From Candidatus Thorarchaeota archaeon (GTDB lineage Archaea > Asgardarchaeota > Thorarchaeia > Thorarchaeales > Thorarchaeaceae), in contig JAFGAR010000081.1 in the NCBI GenBank assembly GCA_016933575.1, positions 1 through 64,000 of the forward strand: a stretch of 64,000 nucleotides of DNA, given 5' to 3'. The translations under genes and the position numbers were made by a program. The notes under the pieces are model-generated. The model made no database searches, was not told the DNA's origin, and saw nothing but the letters and a program-made list of their open reading frames with translations. Each line of letters opens with the position of its first letter. Within the stretch, counting starts at the first letter, position 1. Shown in pieces: positions 9,426 to 18,438 of this stretch.

Positions 9426-10271
9426 ATGCAATTACCAACGCGAAGAGCATACCATGTGATATTCGACTCATCCTTAGTTGAATCAGTCAGGTATGCAGCC
9501 GCAAATGATTGGAATGGCATAGTTCCGGATTTTGGAGTACCCAAGTACTCGCCAGAAAAACTATCATCAAGCGAACGGACTCAGCTCCGTGATCTCTCAC
9601 GAGACCTATCAATCGAGTGGGGATTTCATGCACCTGGTGATGACATTAGCCTCATGACCACATATCCTCCCGTCCGCGTTGGTATTCTTTCCTATTTCAA
9701 ACAAATAATAAATCTTGCACGAGAAATCAGTGCTGGTCCCACGAATGTTGTTCTCCATGCCGGATTCACTCCCATGTTCAAAAAGGCTGGAAATCAATTA
9801 TCTGATAGCTTCAATGACCAATATGCATCAACGTATGCCCAAGTACTTCGTGAGAATCTCTCTGAGCTTCTTACTCATGCACGACCTCACGTTCGACTTG
9901 TCATTGAAAATCATGGTTGGACACCACCTATCAGGGAAGTTATTGAACATCTCATACCCCAAGGATTGAAGTTGTGTTTGGACATTCCTAAACTGTATGG
10001 TACTGATCTTAAAATCAATCAAGCTGATTGGGGTCTCTTTCAGAGGTTTAAAGGGTCAATTGAAGTAGTTCACGTTCATGACACAATTCCACAAATTGGA
10101 TCCCATCAAGTTGTAGGAAATGGGCTCATCGATTTTGAACCAATTTTACGATTTCTTAGTGGTCTCCCAGCAAAACCTCAATACGTATTTGAGGTTCGCC
10201 CTAGAGATGAGGCTCGTAGAAGTCTGATCAACATCGGACAGATCATGAAGATCTTTAACTTCAATCTATAG
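9426..10271 (+). CDS. Sugar phosphate isomerase/epimerase-like TIM barrel (AP endonuclease 2 fold)
   Basis: FHAP, VVLHAG, IEN, CLD, HVHD, HQVVGNGLIDF, FEV. Confidence 0.85.
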   Translation: MQLPTRRAYHVIFDSSLVESVRYAAANDWNGIVPDFGVPKYSPEKLSSSERTQLRDLSRDLSIEWGFHAPGDDISLMTTYPPVRVGILSYFKQIINLAREISAGPTNVVLHAGFTPMFKKAGNQLSDSFNDQYASTYAQVLRENLSELLTHARPHVRLVIENHGWTPPIREVIEHLIPQGLKLCLDIPKLYGTDLKINQADWGLFQRFKGSIEVVHVHDTIPQIGSHQVVGNGLIDFEPILRFLSGLPAKPQYVFEVRPRDEARRSLINIGQIMKIFNFNL

Positions 10272-10364
10272 AATGTTAGAATGTCCCTGAACCTAACAAG
10301 TAAAGAATTGCAAATAGAATGACTCCCATTATCAGTAGCATAATTGCTACTATTGTTCTCCAAT

Positions 10365-11147
10365 TCATCTGTGTGAAATACCTCCACTCCTTTTACTCTC
10401 TCGTAGTGCATCTCTAATCTCAATGAACATGTTCAGTGTGTCCCTACTGAATACTCGTTTTTTCCGTCTAACATTCAACTTCTTGGTTTCTGCTAATGGT
10501 TTGCGACCAAAGTTCCTCATCTCACGTAAAATAAAGTCGCGCAGTTCTTCGTAGAATTTGATGCCCTCTATTTTCTCCTCAAAAGCATTTGAGGTCAATC
10601 TCTGAATAAGTAGTGATGTCAAATTTGCCGCATGGGTCCCTGTTGAACCTCCTGCTGTTTCAATAAGAACCGAACCTATTCCAAACATCCTGTCGAAGGG
10701 ACCTGCACGTGTTCTCACATTCACTATAGTACGGAATGGCACGTGTTTCTTTGTTATATTGATGATACCTTTGTGAGTGTATATGAACGGCATTGCATTT
10801 CCAGACCAGCCCACTGCAGAATACTCGATTCGTCTTATGTAGATGAATGTGTAGACAGATCCTACAACAACGAATATGACGACAGCTGTTGCATAGACAA
10901 AATTCGTAGTTTCCCAACCAATAATGACCAGAAGTTCGATTGGTTGAAAAAGATCTAGGATATTCTCCAAGAAGACTGGGTTTGCAAAACCCACGAACAA
11001 GAGTGATAATCCCGACCAGATGAGAAAGAGGATAATCCCAACCTTGAGCATCTTCTTGTATAGAAACGCATTGAGAGGCTGGAACGTTCGACCACTTGTT
11101 ATGTGATCAATTGGAGGTTTTATCACCCGTTCCTCATCCTGAGTCAT
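10365..11147 (-). CDS. 2-TM bacterial PH domain (bPH_2/YdbS-like) protein, paralog 4
   Basis: KGIINITKKHVPFRTIVNV, GPFDRMFGIGSVLIETAG; most divergent copy. Confidence 0.85.
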   Translation of the reverse strand: MTQDEERVIKPPIDHITSGRTFQPLNAFLYKKMLKVGIILFLIWSGLSLLFVGFANPVFLENILDLFQPIELLVIIGWETTNFVYATAVVIFVVVGSVYTFIYIRRIEYSAVGWSGNAMPFIYTHKGIINITKKHVPFRTIVNVRTRAGPFDRMFGIGSVLIETAGGSTGTHAANLTSLLIQRLTSNAFEEKIEGIKFYEELRDFILREMRNFGRKPLAETKKLNVRRKKRVFSRDTLNMFIEIRDALRESKRSGGISHR

Positions 11148-11165
11148 CTTGTGTATACCTCACAC

Positions 11166-11876
11166 TTATTCTCTTTTCAAAAGGTCCCTAATCTCTCGTA
11201 GAACAATGAGAATCTCATCCTCTAGACTATCTTCTGTTCTTGGTACAGGTTCTTCTACTGGAACTACAACCTCTGTTCCAGTTACGTAAGGATCTTTGAA
11301 CTTCCGAAGTTCTCTGAGTATAAAGTCTCGAAGCTCTTCGTAGAAGGTGATTCCCTCTAGTTTTTCCTCTGCTGCTGTTGTTGCACCTGAGTATCCAGCT
11401 GTTTCAATCTCAACTGCACCAATTCCAAACAGCCTGTCGAAGAGACCTGCCCGACTTGAAATATTGGTTATTGTACGAAATGGAACGTGTTTACGAGTGA
11501 TATTGATGATTCCCTTCTTCACGAAGATTTCTGGCATTGTTTCTCCAGACTGCGCAATAACTGAATACTCGATAGACCTGAGATATATCGGTACTATGAT
11601 TATTCCTGGAATCAACCAAATTGCTGTTATGACCCAATACCAGAGATTCAAGGTTAGCCACCAGTATTGGAAGAATGCTGAGAAGTTGTCGGAGCCAGTG
11701 AATAGAGTAACTAGCCATAAAACGAGGATAAACGATCCAAATATGATTGCCCAGATTCCAAATGCTGTAAAGATTCCGATGAACCACATCTTGTTCCTGA
11801 ATGCCTTAGAGGGCCTGAATACCTTTCCACTTGCAACATTCTCTACTGGTGGTTTGATTACTTTTCCTTCGCTCAT
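11166..11876 (-). CDS. 2-TM bacterial PH domain (bPH_2/YdbS-like) protein, paralog 3
   Basis: KKGIINITRKHVPFRTITNI, DRLFGIGAVEIETAG, C-terminal LREIRDLLK. Confidence 0.88.
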   Translation of the reverse strand: MSEGKVIKPPVENVASGKVFRPSKAFRNKMWFIGIFTAFGIWAIIFGSFILVLWLVTLFTGSDNFSAFFQYWWLTLNLWYWVITAIWLIPGIIIVPIYLRSIEYSVIAQSGETMPEIFVKKGIINITRKHVPFRTITNISSRAGLFDRLFGIGAVEIETAGYSGATTAAEEKLEGITFYEELRDFILRELRKFKDPYVTGTEVVVPVEEPVPRTEDSLEDEILIVLREIRDLLKRE

Positions 11877-11948
11877 TTACTGACAATCTCCTTTTCTTCG
11901 CATTATCGGGTTATTGTCCTAAAAGGAACATTAGCTTCCCGATTCTTC

Positions 11949-12695
11949 TCAGTCCAATTTATTCTCAATTCGTTCTAACACATCCCTGATCTCACGCAAT
12001 GTGATGAGCATCTCATCATCAAGACTATCACTGAGTCTTGGAACTGGTTCTTCTCTGGGAAGAACGACCTCTGTTCCAGTCACGTAGGGGTCTCTGAACT
12101 TCCGAAGCTCCTGTAAAATGAAATCACGAACTTCTTCATAGAACGTGATTCCTTCGAGCTTCTCTTCAGGTCCTGTCTGACCTCCTGCACCCCCTGAATA
12201 TCCTGCAGTCTGAATCTCCACTGTGCCTATGCCAAAGAGCCTGTCGATGGGACCCGCTCTGGAACTGATGTTCGTTATGGTTCTGAACGGAACGTGTTTC
12301 CTTGTGACATTGATCAAGCCCTTCTTGACATAGATCTCAGGCATTACCATTCCAGACTTTGATATCACACTGTACTCGATACTTCTGATGTATAATGGTA
12401 TTCCAATCATGGCAGGAAGCCACCAGACTACCAGCGAGAGAGCATACCAAAAGCTGAGAATGGGGAGTACATCAAAGAATATCGTGAAGAAGGTGGACCA
12501 CGGAGCATCTTGATCCATCATGTAGATCCAAGCTCCCAAGATGAGTACCCCTACGGTCAGCATCCAAACGAAAATAGCTACCACTGTTGCAGTGAACCAT
12601 TCCTTGTAGCAGAACCTAGTGTCCGGTTTGAACACTTTACCCTTAGTGACATCTTCCATTGGTGGTTTTATTATCCTTCCTTCTTCACTTCCCAT
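11949..12695 (-). CDS. 2-TM bacterial PH domain (bPH_2/YdbS-like) protein, paralog 2
   Basis: KKGLINVTRKHVPFRTITNI, GPIDRLFGIGTVEIQTAG. Confidence 0.88.
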   Translation of the reverse strand: MGSEEGRIIKPPMEDVTKGKVFKPDTRFCYKEWFTATVVAIFVWMLTVGVLILGAWIYMMDQDAPWSTFFTIFFDVLPILSFWYALSLVVWWLPAMIGIPLYIRSIEYSVISKSGMVMPEIYVKKGLINVTRKHVPFRTITNISSRAGPIDRLFGIGTVEIQTAGYSGGAGGQTGPEEKLEGITFYEEVRDFILQELRKFRDPYVTGTEVVLPREEPVPRLSDSLDDEMLITLREIRDVLERIENKLD

Positions 12696-12718
12696 TGTTT
12701 CCTAACCTCGCTTACATA

Positions 12719-13453
12719 CTATAACTTGGTCCTAAGAATCTCTCGAATGTCTCGGATTGCCAGGAGAATCTCATCATCCAAGGATCCATCAATTCTTACG
12801 ACTGCTTCCTCTTGTGGAACACTTACCTCTGTAGCAGTGGCATATGGACCCCTGAATTTCCTGAGTTCGCCAAGCACGAATCGTGTCAGTGCCTCAAAGG
12901 CTTTGATTCCCTCAAGCTTCTCTTCAGGACCCGTTTGTCCGCCTGGCCCTCCTGAATATCCGGCAGTCTGAATCTCGACATTGCCAATCCTGAACAGTCT
13001 ATCGAATACGCCAGCTCGTGAGCTGATGTTTGTGACAGTTCTGAATGGGACATGTTTCTTGGTGATATTGATGATTCCCTTGCGAACATAGATCTCCGGG
13101 GATGCCTCACCAGACTCTGAGATTACAGAGTACTCAATTGAGTTGATATATACTGGAATTCCAATAAGTGCGGGGATCAACCACACTAGATTCGCAATGA
13201 TTGTCCAGTAACTCGCAAATCCGAGCCATTGACTTATGAAGAGCGCATGGCTCCACCCTTCATCCAGTGATATCAGGTACGACATGCCGTACACTGAACC
13301 AATGACTATGAACCATAGTGCAACAGCCACCATGATTGCAGTGAACCAATACTTATTCCGCAAGGCTTTCGATGGCCTGAATGTCTTACCACTAGATATT
13401 GTTTCCATAGCTGGGAAATAACCAGCTGATACTTCCTCGTTCGTTTCATTCAC
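12719..13453 (-). CDS. 2-TM bacterial PH domain (bPH_2/YdbS-like) protein, paralog 1
   Basis: Same PH motifs. Start set at GTG 13453, overlapping the upstream stop, by alignment with the paralogs; ORF is open to 13507. Confidence 0.85.
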   Translation of the reverse strand: MNETNEEVSAGYFPAMETISSGKTFRPSKALRNKYWFTAIMVAVALWFIVIGSVYGMSYLISLDEGWSHALFISQWLGFASYWTIIANLVWLIPALIGIPVYINSIEYSVISESGEASPEIYVRKGIINITKKHVPFRTVTNISSRAGVFDRLFRIGNVEIQTAGYSGGPGGQTGPEEKLEGIKAFEALTRFVLGELRKFRGPYATATEVSVPQEEAVVRIDGSLDDEILLAIRDIREILRTKL

Positions 13454-14102
13454 CTTCTTGTGTTTCTCTCTGATAGCGAGGAAGCTGTTTTGCACCAAGC
13501 TTGCCAAAGATACGTACAGACTGTTCTGTCATGTACATCTCTTCCTCCTTTGGGTTCAAAGTGAGGTTGTACTCTTTGAGGATCGTGTCGAGTGTTTCTC
13601 TACATTCCTCTACCTTTGGGCACGGTTTACCATCGCTCTTTTTCGACTTGTCCACTGGTGTTCCATCACAGAGTTTACCACCATAATTGGTATGCTCATA
13701 CCAGATAATTACACCAAGTCCAAGCGTGAAGACAATGTAGACATTCGTGTTTGCCTGATAGTCAAAGCCTGTGAGAATTCCCTTCTCTCCATTAACATTC
13801 TCAATGTCAAGGCGATGACTGTTTGCATGTTGCTTTAGAGAATCCTCTATCTTTGACTTAGCCCTACTCAGAACCCTGGACACATAGGCGGCACTTGTGA
13901 ACTGCATCCTTTGTATCTTTTCTTTCTCTTTCCTTGCTTTCTTAGAGTCAGTGATTTTACTATCAATCTCTTGAGCAAGGATATCGAAGAGGTACTCAGG
14001 AATGTCCATGGGTCTCTCATACCCACTGAAGATGTCCGAGGTGGGTTTTCCATGATGGTATTCCCACCATACCACTGCTTCATGAGTCGAGAGCAATCCC
14101 AT
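13446..14102 (-). CDS. Putative transcriptional regulator with an interrupted HTH and a Cys-rich C-terminal domain
   Basis: Recognition-helix-like TSAAYVSRVLSRAKSKIE; C-terminal WYEH...C...CPxxxxC; GAGG upstream of ATG 14102 (ORF open to 14126). Confidence 0.65.
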   Translation of the reverse strand: MGLLSTHEAVVWWEYHHGKPTSDIFSGYERPMDIPEYLFDILAQEIDSKITDSKKARKEKEKIQRMQFTSAAYVSRVLSRAKSKIEDSLKQHANSHRLDIENVNGEKGILTGFDYQANTNVYIVFTLGLGVIIWYEHTNYGGKLCDGTPVDKSKKSDGKPCPKVEECRETLDTILKEYNLTLNPKEEEMYMTEQSVRIFGKLGAKQLPRYQRETQEGE

Positions 14103-14142
14103 ACTATACTTCCTCGTGTCACGCACAATTTAACCTTTTCTG

Positions 14143-14220
14143 GTCAAAATTTACTGCGTTCTGGTAAACATTTATATACGAACGAATATAAATCTTTACC
14201 ATCAGGCTGTAAACATTTAC
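14143..14220. promoter_or_regulatory. Divergent promoter with four GTAAA-N2-TTTAC operator palindromes
   Basis: Sites at 14143, 14164, 14188, 14209; TATA-like TTTATATA (+, 14171) and TTTATA (-, 14187-14192) overlap the two inner sites. Confidence 0.75.
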
Positions 14221-14226
14221 AGTCTT

Positions 14227-15012
14227 ATGGTGTTGAAAATGATGACACGAAACGGATCGGTAATTCGAACAGAAGGTCTGAACAAGAGCTTCAGCTCAGT
14301 TCAGGCTGTAAGGAATCTGAATCTAGAAGTTGCTCCGGGCAGTCGGTTCGGTTTTCTTGGACCGAATGGCGCTGGGAAGACAACCACTGTACGAATATTA
14401 TCGGGACTCTTGAAACAGACCAGCGGGAATGCCACAGTGTGTGGTTTCGATATCAATACTCAACGAGATGATATCAAGGCTGCGACTGGTCTACTACCAG
14501 AATCTCCTGGATTGTATTCAAAGCTCTCCGCAGTGGAATTTCTAGAATTCATTGGAGCATTGAACGGAAGAAACGGTGAATCTCTGAATAAACGCATTGA
14601 CAGTCTATTGAGTATTCTCGGACTTGAGGGTAGACAGAACGATCTTCTAGAGTCTTACTCTTCAGGTATGAAACAGAAAGTCCTTGTTGCATCAACTCTC
14701 TTACACGAGCCAAAGCTTGTCTTTCTTGATGAGCCTACATCGAGATTAGACCCAGCAGCAAGTGCGTTAGTAAAAGACTTGATTCTGATTCTTGCGGAAG
14801 AGACTGAAACTAGCTTCTTCATATGTACTCATCAGACCTCATTTGCTGAAGATGTATGTGATGTAATGGGAATTCTCAATGCAGGCGAACTTGTTGTACA
14901 TGGTTCTCCATCTGAGATAATCGCATCGATGAATGTGAATGACCTTGAAGATGCATATCTGAAGATTGTTGGTGGTCATGTTGACAGGAAGACCCTACTA
15001 GCCTGGAGGTAA
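14227..15012 (+). CDS. ABC exporter ATP-binding protein (DrrA/CcmA-like)
   Basis: Walker A GPNGAGKTT, signature YSSGMKQK, Walker B FLDEP, H-loop CTH. Confidence 0.96.
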   Translation: MVLKMMTRNGSVIRTEGLNKSFSSVQAVRNLNLEVAPGSRFGFLGPNGAGKTTTVRILSGLLKQTSGNATVCGFDINTQRDDIKAATGLLPESPGLYSKLSAVEFLEFIGALNGRNGESLNKRIDSLLSILGLEGRQNDLLESYSSGMKQKVLVASTLLHEPKLVFLDEPTSRLDPAASALVKDLILILAEETETSFFICTHQTSFAEDVCDVMGILNAGELVVHGSPSEIIASMNVNDLEDAYLKIVGGHVDRKTLLAWR

Positions 15013-15018
15013 TCTTCT

Positions 15019-16698
15019 ATGACGCGACAATGGCTTGCTATTGCAAAGGCTGAATTCCAAGTATTATTTGCAAGCATGAGATCGCATAGGAAGACGTATG
15101 TGAGTATACTTGCTATCATTGCATTTTCTTGGGCAATGGTGATTGCTCCCGTAGTGATTGGGTACTTCATCGGTCTGATAATCCCAATGGAATCCCTACA
15201 ACCACTCTTGCAATTGATCTTTCCAGGACTGATGCGTACAATTGTTCTTTTCCTGTGGATCTTGTTACTGCTATTCCCACTATCCTATGCTCTTCAAGAG
15301 ATAAAGATAGGTCAGTGGGAGATATTCCTGTCAAATAATGTATCTACCCGAAATATCATGGCAGGTACGTTCTTGGGCAAGATTCCTCTCTTTGGACTAA
15401 TTGTTGTATTCTTTTCACCTCTCCTGATTACACCATTAGTCCTAGCATTTGAGGTCAATATAGTAGGGCAAATTATGTTGTATGGCGTAATCACTCTGCT
15501 TGCATTAGGAACAATATGGCTCTCAAACTTCATTACTAGTATAATTCAAGCGAGACTGGGTGACTCCTCACGAGGTAACGATATTGCTAAGGCATTATCA
15601 ATGGTCATTGCAATCATTGTCATCATCCCAATGTATGGCTTGATGTTCTTCCTTCCAACTGTATCTGAAATGATGGGAATGGATGCTTTTCTTCTCCTCC
15701 CACCTACATGGTTTGCAGATACCCTGAGCTGGTTAGCAATCACTTTCAATGGAGTCGGACTGACCGTAGATCAAACTACTATCTTTGGTAATTTTCTCCA
15801 GCTAGACCTTCTAGTATCATCTTTACTGATGGGCGGCTTTGTCTTTGCGACAATCATCATTGCACTCAGAGCAGCTGACAGAGTATTTACTATTGATGCT
15901 GGTGTTCGAACGCAAGTCGTGACAACAGTGCGAAACGAGAACTTGATCCTTCGAGGGATTAGAAGACTTAGTTCTGGACCATTTGGTTCACTTATGGTAT
16001 CTAATTTCAAGGACTTCACCCGGAAGGCACAGAATCTATCAAAGATATTTTATGGTGTAGTTCTAGCATGTATATTACCAATCATCTTGACAACTGTAGA
16101 TGCTGAATACATTCAGATTAGGGAGATGATCATAATGATCATTGCAATGCTGTCGCTTGTTGGATCATTCCCATTCGCTGGAGCTGGTTTCCTTGAGAGT
16201 AAAGATCAGCTATGGATGATTCAAGGAGCACCAAATGGAGCCTCGAAGTTTGTTAAGAGCAGAATTGTGACTCAGGCGATGATAGGTATACCTCTGATCT
16301 TCATTCCTGCAACGCTGATGTACATCCTACTTGAAATGACTCCCTTTGAACTACTGGCATTGATTGGTCTTGGATATATGGCAATATTTGGAGGCATGCT
16401 CATTTCAACTGGTATAACTGCTGGTAATCCGAATTATGAGGATACAAAGTCGCCAGCGCATCAGGCAAACCTGATGACCTCAGTCATGCTGGCAGAGTTC
16501 TCAATTATTGGAGTCCTCTTTATCGATATGTTCCTCACAATCGGGCTAGGTATTGATATGCTTGGATTCATTGCAAGTATTGTTGGGTCCAACTATCTGA
16601 TGTTCGGAATGTCTTTCGTAGGCATATTGGTCCAGTGGTCCCTTGGTGCAATCTTGGTGTGGATAGGTATTCGAAAGTTATCAAGTCCAGCCAGTTAG
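15019..16698 (+). CDS. ABC-2-type exporter permease (large, multi-TM)
   Basis: 559 aa with more than ten hydrophobic helices, directly after the ATPase. Confidence 0.85.
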   Translation: MTRQWLAIAKAEFQVLFASMRSHRKTYVSILAIIAFSWAMVIAPVVIGYFIGLIIPMESLQPLLQLIFPGLMRTIVLFLWILLLLFPLSYALQEIKIGQWEIFLSNNVSTRNIMAGTFLGKIPLFGLIVVFFSPLLITPLVLAFEVNIVGQIMLYGVITLLALGTIWLSNFITSIIQARLGDSSRGNDIAKALSMVIAIIVIIPMYGLMFFLPTVSEMMGMDAFLLLPPTWFADTLSWLAITFNGVGLTVDQTTIFGNFLQLDLLVSSLLMGGFVFATIIIALRAADRVFTIDAGVRTQVVTTVRNENLILRGIRRLSSGPFGSLMVSNFKDFTRKAQNLSKIFYGVVLACILPIILTTVDAEYIQIREMIIMIIAMLSLVGSFPFAGAGFLESKDQLWMIQGAPNGASKFVKSRIVTQAMIGIPLIFIPATLMYILLEMTPFELLALIGLGYMAIFGGMLISTGITAGNPNYEDTKSPAHQANLMTSVMLAEFSIIGVLFIDMFLTIGLGIDMLGFIASIVGSNYLMFGMSFVGILVQWSLGAILVWIGIRKLSSPAS

Positions 16699-16716
16699 AA
16701 ATTGGAGCTGTTCCCA

Positions 16717-17359
16717 ATGCTAGGGAATTGGTACCATATTGTAAAGGTAGAGTACTTGGTGATGACCGCCAGGTTTCGCTCTCAACGTAAAGCGGTGATG
16801 ATGAGCCTATTCACTCTTAGTGTGATTTGGGCTCTCATCATCGTGCCAACGATAGCATCAATCCTTCTTCAATGGTTTGGGGCTCAAATGGAGTTTCTAT
16901 TGGTTCTTGGATTCTCAGAATCAACTATGGATAGTGAAGAGTTCTCCCAATGGCATTGAGCGGTATGTGAAAGCTCGTATTGCAGAATCCTTACTATTTG
17001 GATTCCCAATGACTATAATTGTGTCGATTATGATTCAGTTTGCAGTTGGATTAGATCTAGCTGAATCACTAGTGATTCTCTTTAGTACATCTCTAGCTAT
17101 GATTGGTGCTGTCTTGGTAAGTACCGGGAATACCACTTACAATCCCTATTATGATGATACTCAGAGTAAGTCCTTCAAAGATAATACTGGAATCATGATG
17201 TCTATCATAATGTTCTGAATGATTGTAGTTACTCCACTATCGATAATTCCTCTGTTTAGAAATCTCATTGTCTTATCATGCGTCCCCACAATGATACTGG
17301 TGACTGTTGGAACCATCCTCATCATTAGAGGCACACGGAAAATAACACGACCTGATTAG
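16717..17359 (+). pseudogene. Decayed paralog of the ABC permease
   Basis: N-terminus WYHIVKVEY matches WLAIAKAEF of the upstream permease. It then jumps with a frameshift to FLDSQNQLWIVKSSPNG (cf. FLESKDQLWMIQGAPNG). In-frame TGA at 17216-17218; C-terminus RGTRKITRPD matches IGIRKLSSPAS. Confidence 0.85.
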
Positions 17360-17366
17360 ATTTCCC

Positions 17367-18128
17367 CTATTTCGCTGCATGAATAATCATATTTCTTGAA
17401 TACTTTCTATCGAAGGGATTTCTCATATAATCCGAATAGAACTCCACTTTTTTGAAACCTGCTTCACCAAGGACATTTCTCATGAGATCAAAGTTCAGAT
17501 TAAGCACCTTCTGGGTTGATACTTCAGAGGTCCAAGCCCTATCAACGGTTCTAAAAGCAGACATCACCAGTGTTGATGAGGTGGGGTAATTGGTATGTTC
17601 AAAGAGTCTAGCAAAAGTGATATCTTCTCCGTTACTCAACTTCCCTGTTTTCGTTGGAAATGTTCTGAATCCGGTCCAATGTATCTCTTCAAAGTTCAGA
17701 ACCTGAAGCACTAGTGATCCTCTCTCTTCAAGTAGATCAAATATATCCCGTAGAACCGCCTCGAGAACATAAACATTCTCTAAAAGCGCAAACGAATTTC
17801 CCAAGCAGATTACCAGATCATATCTCCTAGATGTATTCTCCCTGATTTGAGTCATATCCGCCACGATGAAAGTGGGTGAGACTCCCATCTCAATAGCATG
17901 GTTTCTAGCAATCTGAATCATTGTTTGGCTATGGTCTATTCCAACAACTTCGAATCCCTGTAAAGCAAGTGCAACTGAATGTCTACCACTTCCACAGGCA
18001 ATATCAAGGATACGTACCCTCTTTGAAGAAGGGATACATGAGAGTATGAAGGGCATCTCTCTCTCTAATCGCGATTTCCAATCTATTGAATTATCATAAG
18101 CCACTGAGATTTCGTCAAAAGAGCTCAT
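17367..18128 (-). CDS. Class I SAM-dependent methyltransferase (glycine/sarcosine N-MTase-like)
   Basis: ILDIACGSGRH, GIDHSQTM, DLVICLGNSF; start set at MSSFDEI. Confidence 0.9.
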   Translation of the reverse strand: MSSFDEISVAYDNSIDWKSRLEREMPFILSCIPSSKRVRILDIACGSGRHSVALALQGFEVVGIDHSQTMIQIARNHAIEMGVSPTFIVADMTQIRENTSRRYDLVICLGNSFALLENVYVLEAVLRDIFDLLEERGSLVLQVLNFEEIHWTGFRTFPTKTGKLSNGEDITFARLFEHTNYPTSSTLVMSAFRTVDRAWTSEVSTQKVLNLNFDLMRNVLGEAGFKKVEFYSDYMRNPFDRKYSRNMIIHAAK

Positions 18129-18199
18129 TGTATTTTTTTGGTGACTACTAATACCTATAAGCCTACACCTACAAACAATATACAGAGGAGTCAAATCAA

Positions 18200-18436
18200 A
18201 TGCTTGGTTATGTAATTGTGGTAGTATTTGCTGTTGGAATCGTTCTGTACCTAGTAAGCTCATCACGTAGAGACCATCCTCCAGAATCAAACGTCCACTC
18301 AATGCTTTACTCCCATGGTTCAAGGGATGAAGCTAGCGAGTTCTACTATCCATCAATTAGGGACTCTACCCAACCATTTCCCCTCTCAAAGAGAGAAGAA
18401 CGCGAAAAGACCGAAACATTTAGAGGTAAGAAATAG
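18200..18436 (+). CDS. Small single-TM hypothetical protein
   Basis: N-terminal TM helix; GGAG upstream; fills the gap between two minus-strand genes. Confidence 0.6.
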   Translation: MLGYVIVVVFAVGIVLYLVSSSRRDHPPESNVHSMLYSHGSRDEASEFYYPSIRDSTQPFPLSKREEREKTETFRGKK

Positions 18437-18438
18437 GT

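Noticed and set aside
10365-13453. Repeated DNA segments as a CRISPR array or DGR template/variable repeats
   Set aside because: The repeats are conserved coding regions of paralogs; there is no spacer periodicity and no reverse transcriptase or cas gene in the window.
13911-14471. Long alternative ORFs overlapping real genes (also 11347-11883, 30884-31348, 45070-45513, 62893-63303)
   Set aside because: Antisense or off-frame shadows of well-supported genes, with no motifs.
17216-17218. In-frame TGA as possible selenocysteine or readthrough
   Set aside because: It lies in a hydrophobic helix of a gene already broken by deletion and frameshift; the paralog has no Cys there and no SECIS-like element was recognised.
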